DNA of 32,978 bases, taken from Nemertoderma westbladi (Eukaryota > Animalia > Xenacoelomorpha). The DNA lies in NCBI GenBank assembly GCA_032718475.1, contig JAUCBJ010007885.1, forward strand, positions 1-32,978, written 5' to 3'. Below are positions 23,765 to 32,978 of this stretch, piece by piece. Under the pieces are notes generated by a model. The model had not been told where the DNA came from. It made no database searches and saw only the letters and a list, made by a program, of their open reading frames with translations. The stretch's first letter is position 1. Every line of letters begins with the position of its first letter. Made by a program: the position numbers and the translations under genes.

Positions 23765-24996
23765 TTAAATTGAAAGATAAATGTTAGTCACGTAATGAGA
23801 GTATCTCCTGGCGTTAGTTATTGAATTCGAATCTGCTAATTTAATATTGCTACTGCTAAATTAATATCAAAATGTATTTTACTCATCATTTCAATAAATA
23901 CATACTTACATAATTTTAATATCTTTTGTGATTACACACGTTTATATTACTTTGATTTTATTTGGACCATTTGAGGTCTGGAATATTGAAGAATTGAAAA
24001 TCTCGCCTCATTGTTAAATAAACAATTAATGGAAAGGAGCAGGTCACAATGGCTCGTTATTCTAACAATACAAAAATTTAATTTAATAGAACAGGTAACA
24101 ACAGTTCAGCTGTTATTTACCCAGGATTTTCCCCTGGAGGAGAGGAATTAATTTTGATTGCATCGAAAGTCCCCCTAGCTAGCTGTCATGGTTAGAAACT
24201 CTGTGACAAGGTTTCATTTCCTTAGACTTAATTAAATATTACAAACCTATATAAAGTGTCCATATAGGGTAATTTATTTATCAACACTAAATGGCCAGTG
24301 TTATACAGTAGTTCCGGGCATACAGAGAAATCAAATTTACATTGATCTGGCCATAATGGCGAATTTCCACATGATATTGACTACGGATTTATGGCCACAG
24401 TGGCCATGGCAGAGAAGATATCACATTAAAAGATGCAAGCCCACAACTAAAGTGATTTCTTACATTTATTTAATCTGTATGGGTACAGGCAGCTAGCTAT
24501 AATAATAGTTCTCATCGGAAATTTGTATTTTTTTTAGATAATACAATGTAGAGATGTTATATACTAGTCTTGTTTGGATTTACAGTAATTTTGAGAGTTA
24601 AATGAATTCAAAGTTACATTTGAAGAATAATTTAGAAGTTAATGAGATCATCATGCTAACAATTTTATTGTGAGTACCCGAAGCTACAGTATGTTAGTCA
24701 CGTAATGAGAGTAGGCCTATCTCCTGACTTTTAGTTATTGAATTGGGGATCTGCTTGTTTGGGGTATGATTACAATAATGAAAAAAAATACTGTTGGTAA
24801 AGTAACGGCAATTATTGTTTATGGTTAGAAACGCTGTTACAAAGTTTCAATTCCTTAGACTAAATTACATATCCCAAATCTATATAAAGTGTCCATATAT
24901 AGGGTAAATTTAACTCAACACTACTTAATGAACAGTGTTTTGTAGTTCCAGGCATACCGAGATATCAAAATTTATTTGATATGGCCGTATAGTGGC

Positions 24997-25988
24997 GACC
25001 GACCGACCGACCGACCGACCGACCGACCGACCGACCGACCGACCGACCGACCGACCGACCGACCGACCGACCGACCGACCGACCGACCGACCGACCGACC
25101 GACCGACCGACCGACCGACCGACCGACCGACCGACCGACCGACCGACCGACCGACCGACCGACCGACCGACCGACCGACCGACCGACCGACCGACCGACC
25201 GACCGACCGACCGACCGACCGACCGACCGACCGACCGACCGACCGACCGACCGACCGACCGACCGACCGACCGACCGACCGACCGACCGACCGACCGACC
25301 GACCGACCGACCGACCGACCGACCGACCGACCGACCGACCGACCGACCGACCGACCGACCGACCGACCGACCGACCGACCGACCGACCGACCGACCGACC
25401 GACCGACCGACCGACCGACCGACCGACCGACCGACCGACCGACCGACCGACCGACCGACCGACCGACCGACCGACCGACCGACCGACCGACCGACCGACC
25501 GACCGACCGACCGACCGACCGACCGACCGACCGACCGACCGACCGACCGACCGACCGACCGACCGACCGACCGACCGACCGACCGACCGACCGACCGACC
25601 GACCGACCGACCGACCGACCGACCGACCGACCGACCGACCGACCGACCGACCGACCGACCGACCGACCGACCGACCGACCGACCGACCGACCGACCGACC
25701 GACCGACCGACCGACCGACCGACCGACCGACCGACCGACCGACCGACCGACCGACCGACCGACCGACCGACCGACCGACCGACCGACCGACCGACCGACC
25801 GACCGACCGACCGACCGACCGACCGACCGACCGACCGACCGACCGACCGACCGACCGACCGACCGACCGACCGACCGACCGACCGACCGACCGACCGACC
25901 GACCGACCGACCGACCGACCGACCGACCGACCGACCGACCGACCGACCGACCGACCGACCGACCGACCGACCGACCGACCGACCGACC
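24997..25988. repeat. Perfect (GACC)n microsatellite, ~248 units
   Basis: Uninterrupted for 992 bp, followed by a few TTAAATACAGA(C) units. Confidence 0.99.
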
Positions 25989-26413
25989 TTAAATACAGAT
26001 TTAAATACAGACCTTAAATACAGACAGATTAAATATACAGTATGTAAGAAATCACTTTAGTTGTGGGCTTTCATCTTTTATGGTGATATCTTCTGTGCCA
26101 TTTCTCTGTATGGCCACTGTGGCCATAAATGCGTAGTCAATATCATGTGGAAATTCGCCATTATGGCCAGATCAATGTAAATTTGATTTCTCAGTATGCC
26201 TGGAACTACTGTACACTGGCCATTTAGTGTTGATTAATAAATTACCCTATATGGACACTTTATGTAGGTTTGTGATATATAATTTAGTCTAAGGAATTGA
26301 AACTTTGTCATAGCGTTTCTAACCATGACGGATAGCTAGGGGGATTTACGATGCAATCAAAATTAATCCCTCTCCAGGTACTTTGCTGTACTTTGCAGTT
26401 AAGCCCAATGCAA

Positions 26414-26568
26414 TGTGAAGAATACAGGTTTTCACTAAAAATGCAGGTTACAGAAGGGCTGAATCTAACCAAAACAATAAACGATTTAGTATCTGTAGAG
26501 GTTATATTCTTCATATATACAATTCCAATAAAATTTCGACCGAAAGTAAAAACCTGGTATTCTTCACA
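26414..26568. repeat. Short inverted-repeat-bounded segment (MITE-like)
   Basis: TGTGAAGAATACAGGTTTT pairs with AAAACCTGGTATTCTTCACA. It interrupts the inverted homology to 24050-24135, and a related motif occurs at ~27113-27140. Confidence 0.45.
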
Positions 26569-27662
26569 CGGCAAAAAAACAGCTGATTACTCGAAAAAAT
26601 GAAACTGTAACATGTTCTACTGACTTTAGTTTATTATTTTGGTTAGAATAACGTGATGACGAATAATGAATGATCAATGATGAATAATTAAAAGCGTCAT
26701 CTCATCGCTTTTTACTCTATACCAAAAGGGACATTTTTCCAGCTATAAGAATACTTATTTCCCTGATTTATGTGTTTTCACTGTATGGAAACTGTGACCT
26801 TTGAGACTTACCCAATTCCGTCGAAATTTGCCACTATGGCCATATCAAATAAAGTTTGATATCTCGGTATGCCTGTGTGCCTGGAACTACATACTGTATA
26901 ATACTGGCCATTTAGTGTTGATATAAAGTTACCCTATATGGACACTTTATATAGATTTGAGATATATCATTTCGCGTTAGTCTATTTAAACGTTTGTAAC
27001 ATTATTTTTTCATTTGTAATCATATCCGAATTCATACCCCAAACAAGTAGTTTCCCAATTCAATAACTAACGTCATGTAAAGTACACCAAACTTTCTGCT
27101 GTTATATTTCACTTCGCAGTTTTCCCCATGTGAAGAATACTACGTAGGCCACTACCCGGCAGCACCACCACCACCCCCCCCCCCCCCCCCCCCCCCCCTT
27201 ATCACAATTTCGTTAATAATGTAGTACGCCCTAAGACATATTTTGCTGGGTTAAATTGTTTTTGATTTTGAAATAGGATATTTTGAAGAGAATAATTTTG
27301 TCATTCTAAATATGTTACGTTTGGCTACTGGTATGAAAGTTATCATATTAAATCTTTATCTTGAAAACAGGTGTTTTCAAAGCAATATAATTGAAGTTCA
27401 TCATTGTCTTAATGGAATATTAGATTTCTGTTGTATTGTTGTAATATTCATCCGCGTTAATGCAGTAGTACCATGGCCATGGTAGTACAGTAAATGCAGT
27501 GCTGCAAACTTGTTCTCTCTTACCGGTAGTCTGAATGAAAGTCGTAGGCCTAACAGCCTAAAGCTGTAAAGCATTTCAGCATTTAGCCCTTAACTTCACA
27601 TTTGCGCATTTCCTAAATGCATTTCCTTTAGGCCTACATAATTAACCTTGGCGCTTGGCATA

Positions 27663-30600
27663 ATGTTCTCCGTGGTGAAGTTTATTGTCGATAATAGTCT
27701 ATTAACAGTCCCGACCCGTTGGTTGTCGACTGATAATGAGGTGGATGGAAATGGCGAAACGGTACGGGTAACTTACTGCCCTTACCCTTCAAACATCCAG
27801 AGATTATCTAATGAAAAGTTTAAAAAACTTAGGAAACAATCAATGTTGGAACCATCTGATATGCTGGACTGGGAACATTACGATGTTTTTATTATCGATC
27901 AAAAAGGTAAGCCTCTAGCTGTCTAGCTCTACTGAATAATTACCGGTACATGTCTGCCTGTACAGGTGACAGGTAGGGTAGCCTGGCAGACCTTTACCTA
28001 CCGGCAGATATTTTTAGTAAAACACTGTAAAAAGTACCGGTCTGCCGGTAGCCCTAAAGTAAAGTGAAGTAAATTTTCTTCGGCCGTTAGGCCGGGGGCG
28101 GGTTTACACACAAAGTCTGACGACTTATTTCCAGTGCGGTCCCCCCAGAACTTTACTCCCCAGAGGAAACTGCAGTACCTGTACCCATTTAGCTACCAAT
28201 TAAGGATGAAAGGCTCAGATGCGCCCTGGCTAGTCCCCTTTAAAGCATTCGTGCCGAAACGAAAACTGCCCTTGCCCATGTGGCATGTGGGGGGGGGGGG
28301 GGGGGGGGGGGATTGAACCCGCGACCTACAGAGAGATGTGAATTCAATGCAAATGCAACCACTACACCAAGGTATTTAACTGTTACCAGTTTTACCACTA
28401 CACCAAGTGGGACCGGGTTGACGACCTACTACAGTACTATGCTTTACTTTAGATAACGGTACCATGAGTTTAATTTATATTACAGATTCGTTCAACCTGG
28501 CGGAGGAACAATTGATTAGAGCCAAGGATTGCTTTACACCTTCGAAAAAAAGAGCAGTTGTTCCCGTTCAAAGGTAAGAACTATGATGTAAAGGCATGAG
28601 CATCATATTGGCTGGTTAAAATATATCTCCTTATGTGAATGAGTGAGTCTACAATACCGGTAGTAGGTTAGGGCGATGTAATACTGGTCTCATTGTTAGG
28701 TTTAGGTGGTCATTGAATTAAAGATAGGGTCAACTGGGGGAATTTGGGACATAAAACATTTTAGAAAAATATGTGAAAAATGTACAGGGTAAAATGTGTA
28801 GGGTGTAAAATGTACTAGTTGCTAGTTTTGTATATTGGGTGATTTCAAAGCGCATCAGTGATCAGTATGCTACAACAGGTAGCCTACTGATACAGACAGA
28901 CAAAAAACTGAAAATAGTAAAGCACAAACAGTTGCGTGTACCAGTGTGGGCAGTCTAAAATGCTTTTTTTTTACTATTTTCAGTTTTCAGAGGTACCGGT
29001 ATAGCTAACATCTGAACAGTCAGTGTTCGGCTGTTGCAGTCTTTGTATCCTTTATTTATTTATTAGTCATACTATTTTTTTACAATCACAATATTTATTT
29101 TTTAAACCTATAGCCTATATGATGTCCCAAATTACGCCTAACGTATAGGAAGCTAAATTTTTTCATGGATGTATGGCTATTATTATATATTATTATTATT
29201 ATGTTATTATTAATTATTATATATTTTTCTTATTTATATGATAATATGTACAGATCTGATATAGGCCTACCGGTATTTAAGAGAACTGTACGCCCTGAAA
29301 TTCAGTGAATTGCGTCCTGCAATGAACTTTATATATTTGCAGGGGTTCATTCGTTTATTCGTCCGGGCGAATAGATACACCGGTTAATACAATTCAAAAT
29401 CGAAATACTCTTATTGAGTTGGGGCTAGATCTCGATCGAGGTGAGTCAGGTGAATTTTGTTACCGGTACCAGCATTTTTAGTCAAATACCTAACCCTATG
29501 TAAGCATTGAGCATTTTTGCATGACAGTTTTAATTAGGATTGGGGGCTGACTAACCATGCCCAAAATAATGAACCAATAATACTCTAGCTCCCCCCCCCC
29601 CCCCCCCCCCTAGCCTGTTCAAATTCACTGTACAAACTCATAAATTAATAATATTTTAGTAATTCTGTATTGCTGTATTAATTGTATACTTGTATACGTA
29701 ACTGTACGGTCTGGTCTGGTGTAGCATTTTTCGGCACCTGAAACATGACTGTTCCTTAATTTTTAGTTTCATTAGCTCAACACCAATTAATTTATTACAG
29801 ATAACAGCGTCGCACCACCTAACTTAGAAGAACCAGAAAGTTTATTGGATGAAGTTGATGGAAGTTCAGAAATACCACCTGACTTAGAAGAACTAGAAAG
29901 TTTATTGGATGAAGATGATGGAAGTTCAGAAAAACATGGAGGTACCGGTATTTAAACTTTTTAAAATAGACTATCGGGTAGACAGACAGACAGCCAAGCC
30001 ATATATCGAGAAGTAAAATATAATCTTGCTTAGAGTCCGTTCAAATGTCGATGGTGTTTTTCTAAGTGTCACAAACGCCAGTTTCATAACAAAGGGCACA
30101 TTCCATCCTTCCTTACTGTGATTGTATATTTTGTTGTCCTATATTTTAACGCAGATCCATCGGTTAACGCTTCTGCATCGTGGCATGATGTTCCACAACC
30201 AACTACACTGCCGAACGCAGGCATTGCCATGCAACAGATGGCCAACAATGACACATGTTACCAGGGTGTCGGTGATATTTTTCAGGAGCTTGATGCGGCC
30301 ACGACACAGGAGGAGTTTGATGCGGCCACGACACAGGAGGAGTTTGATGCGGCCACGACACAGGAGGAGTTTGATGCGGCTACGACCCAGCAGAATGGTT
30401 GGTATCATATCTGTTAGCGGCGTAGATTAGACCCCAGAATCTACCCCCTCAGTTTGTTGGTAATATATAATTTAGCTTACTAGTTATACTACATTTATTA
30501 TTTACTATTTCTGGCGTAGTTGGTCTTTTCCTAAATGCGGCCCTGCCTATACCCCACCCCCGGGCGGGGTGGGTGGGGTATAACTTATTCGCGTAAATAC

Positions 30601-32978
30601 AGTAAGATACATGTTTGTGGGGCTTTCGCGCAGCACGAGACTCAGTTAACCTGAGAAGCTGTAATCTATAGTACTTGCAACCAATCCACTTCTCAGCTGA
30701 GCTTCTATATACAGTAAGTATGTAAACATCAACCGGGCCAGCATACACCTGCCTCTCTTATGAATGCAATTAGTGGATGGAGGGACAATTTGTAAATTTC
30801 CCGCCCAGGTACGGCGTCTAGACGAAGTGGATATTTAGCGCCTCCTAGTGACGGACCGTGAAATTGTGGGAAGCTATAAACTCTATGTACTCATTGAATT
30901 ACGAATATTCCATACGTCAATCTGTGAAAGTTTCATCAAAATTGATGCAATGCTAAAGTTATTAAACCTAGACGAAGTGATGCGGTACCGCTAGAATACC
31001 TACCGGTACCGACTGACAGACTGTCTGATTTTTGACCAAACCTCATATTCTTTCTAAACTTTTGACGTACTACATACAGTACATACAAAGTTTGGTTTAA
31101 TATCATCAAGGAATTACAAAGTTATTAGTGATCAAAAGTTAGACGTGTGACGACTACGACAGACAACTCGTTAATGGTACCCATATGCTAAGGCTTCGCT
31201 CACTTCGTGGCTCGACAATACAGTCCCAGTCAGTTATATATTGAGTTGATTATACATTAACTTAGTTCAGATAAGCCCTCCAGTATTCAAATTATTTATA
31301 CTTCATTATATAATTTGTTTTTTTCTCCGTAGATTGCATTGATACCAATGGAGATTGTGATGATGTTTCCATGCCACAAAAATCAAAAGACTCTCATATA
31401 CCTAGAATCTGTAAACTCTGTCACAAAGAAACGCTTCGAATTAATGATCATCTACGCAATCGACACCAAATACAACATGCCGGGGTTTTAAGCCGGCTGT
31501 CTCTGGAGAGTAAAGAACTATATTTTAAGAAATCTGGTGTGATAAGATTATATAAAAGTGGTAAAAAGAAACCGAATCGTCGAATATCGCGGTGCTTAAT
31601 TTGCAATAAATGTTTTTATAAGATTGGTGACCATCTGACTTGTAAACACAATCTTCTACCCGGAGATCCAGAGCGTGAACGAATGTTACATGATCCAAGT
31701 CGTTATATACTACCTGCTATTGACGCTGGTGAACCAGGTGAACCTCCTATGATGGATCAATTTATGGATTATTTGAAAGCAGATTATAATGAAGAATCAT
31801 TAAAAGAAAGAGAGAGGGATATCTTAATGATAGCTTCGAGTGTGAGAACATTCTTTAAACATATGGGTGATAATAAAGAGAACTACATACTAAGGTTCGA
31901 TGAGATAAGTGATCCACAAAAATTACATAATGCATACTGTCAAGTAGCTTCTGAGAAAATTCGTGGTGGTGGCACCCGGTCTGCCAATACACTGAAAGCC
32001 GTACTAAGGAGACTTCAGAGATACTTTGAATTTCTTGTCTTAAATGATGTTAGCGGGGCCGTGAAAGGCCTGACAGTGACAAAAGATTTACAACGGCGAC
32101 AGAAGTCCGATGTTAGAAAGCACGCCTATACAGTTCGCCAAAGGGCTACGGAAACCATGCCTACAGCTGAGGAGATAAATAAGTTTCAGACGTCTTCATA
32201 TATTGATAAAATTCGCGACAATATTACAAGGTTACCTGACGTTGATGACAAAGACGAACTGACAGAAATGCAAACGTATCTTATAAGTCTAATAATATAC
32301 GACCTGGGATTGCGAGAGTGTGTTGTAAAGAACTTAAAAGTGAAACATTTCAAGGAGGGTTTTGTAACCACAGATATCAGCGGTAATAATGTGTTTATTT
32401 TTCAAGTACCAAATCACAAGACCTCAGGATTTTATGGACCACAGAAAATTATCATTAGCTATAAGGATTACGTTTTATTAAAGAAATGGGTTTATATCGG
32501 TCGCACATTATACACTTCTCGTACGTTGTCTTCTGATTCAAGTTTCGTATTTGTGACACGTAATGGAGAGCAACTTAACAACACCAGCATCCCACTTAAT
32601 AACCTGTGGCAAAAACTCGTCCCAGGTTCCAAGTCGAAGGCAGGATCGACTAGTTTTCGGCACGCCAAGAGTTTTTTCAACCAAAGACTACCAGGAGAAG
32701 TCCATGAAAAAGAAAACGCTGCTCACTCAATGGGTCATTCTAGGGAAACACAATTACGGATATATGAGGCTGTTCAGTCAACCAGTGAGGCTTTATCAGC
32801 ACGTGATAGACATCAAAGGGCATTCAACTTTGCTCTTTCACATCCTGGTTCTACTGCTCCAGACACCAATGCTATAGGACCAGATTCCAATGCTACAGGA
32901 CCAGATTCCAATGCTACAGGACCAGATTCCAATGCTACAGGACCAGATTCCAATGCTACAGGACCAGATTCCAATGCT
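27663..32978 (+). CDS. Six-exon gene encoding a C2H2 zinc-finger tyrosine recombinase (Crypton-like); exons 27663-27906, 28486-28573, 29343-29440, 29801-29941, 30155-30397, 31333->32978; >=820 aa, 3' end outside window
   Basis: All introns are GT-AG with matching phases (1,2,1,1,1) and the spliced frame has no stop. The last exon holds CKLC..HLRNRH and CLIC..HLTCKH, then GLR (R 32313), HKT (K 32418), FVFVTRNG, STSFRH (R 32658), MGH (H 32736) and IY (Y 32763). The recombinase exon is high confidence; upstream exon linkage is moderate. Confidence 0.82.
28055..28376 (-). mobile_element. tRNA-derived SINE in intron 1 of the recombinase gene
   Basis: Minus strand shows A box TGGTGTAGTGG (28369-28359), B box GGTTCAATCC (28319-28310), a central GAGCCTTTCATCCTT...TAAATGGGTAC resembling conserved SINE central domains, and a (TTTAC)n-like tail. 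Confidence 0.8.
28725..29145. mobile_element. Putative decayed MITE in intron 2
   Basis: 12-bp inverted pair AATTTGGGACAT (28741) / ATGTCCCAAATT (29122); outer ends are degenerate. Confidence 0.35.
30770..31220 (+). mobile_element. Putative Helitron/Helentron-derived (DINE-1/HINE-like) non-autonomous repeat in intron 5
   Basis: Internal ~150-170-bp degenerate repeats (AAGTTATTA...TAGACG.. near 30819, 30969, 31140), AAAGTTTCATCAAAAT, GACAGACA, and a terminal GCTTCGCTCACTTCGTGGCTCG hairpin-like motif. Confidence 0.4.
32859..32978 (+). repeat. 21-bp coding minisatellite (GPDSNAT)n in the recombinase C-terminal tail
   Basis: Unit GGACCAGATTCCAATGCTACA, in frame, continuing past the window end. 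Confidence 0.92.

Larger units (their letters stand above)
23782..27075. repeat. Cluster of a modular repeat family: two + copies and two - copies either side of (GACC)n
   Basis: 24133-24464 is inverted at 26042-26378, and ~24735-24996 is inverted at ~26829-27072. All four share a ~180-bp core (TATATAAAGTGTCCATATAGGGTAA...GTAGTTCC.GGCATAC.GAGA). Confidence 0.88.

Noticed and set aside
24976-26017. 338/341-aa (RPTD)n ORFs
   Set aside because: Translation of the stop-free (GACC)n microsatellite.
28300-28376. tRNA gene
   Set aside because: Has A/B boxes but no cloverleaf, and continues into a SINE body and tail.
32186-32877. Track ORFs 32186-32371, 32492-32680 and 32563-32877
   Set aside because: Alternate-frame or antisense shadows of the recombinase exon.

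Overview
This is AT-rich eukaryotic (animal, probably invertebrate) genomic DNA made of spliced genes and nested transposons, with no prokaryotic features. From left to right: (1) 3' end and LTR of a BEL/Pao-related LTR retrotransposon (+). (2) A decayed RTE-like LINE fragment. (3) Two tandem minus-strand spliced M28-family (YfbL-like) peptidase genes, one with intact Zn/catalytic motifs and one divergent with the first His ligand replaced. MITEs and three minisatellites lie in or next to their introns. (4) A 5'-truncated BEL/Pao element (-) carrying an extra ~480-codon Zn-knuckle ORF between integrase and the 3' LTR. (5) A TTAA piggyBac-type non-autonomous element with internal 163-bp repeats. 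(6) An inverted repeat cluster centred on a perfect ~1-kb (GACC)n tract. (7) The top finding, absent from the ORF track: a six-exon, frame-intact + strand gene (27663 to beyond the window end, >=820 aa). It fuses an N-terminal module, acidic repeats and two C2H2 zinc fingers to a tyrosine recombinase retaining R, K, R, H and Y (Crypton-like transposase or domesticated recombinase). TA-GGCC-TA / TA-CCGG-TA motifs look like transposon excision footprints, and one paralog pair shows this directly. All gene models and family calls come from manual translation and motif recognition; no database search was run.
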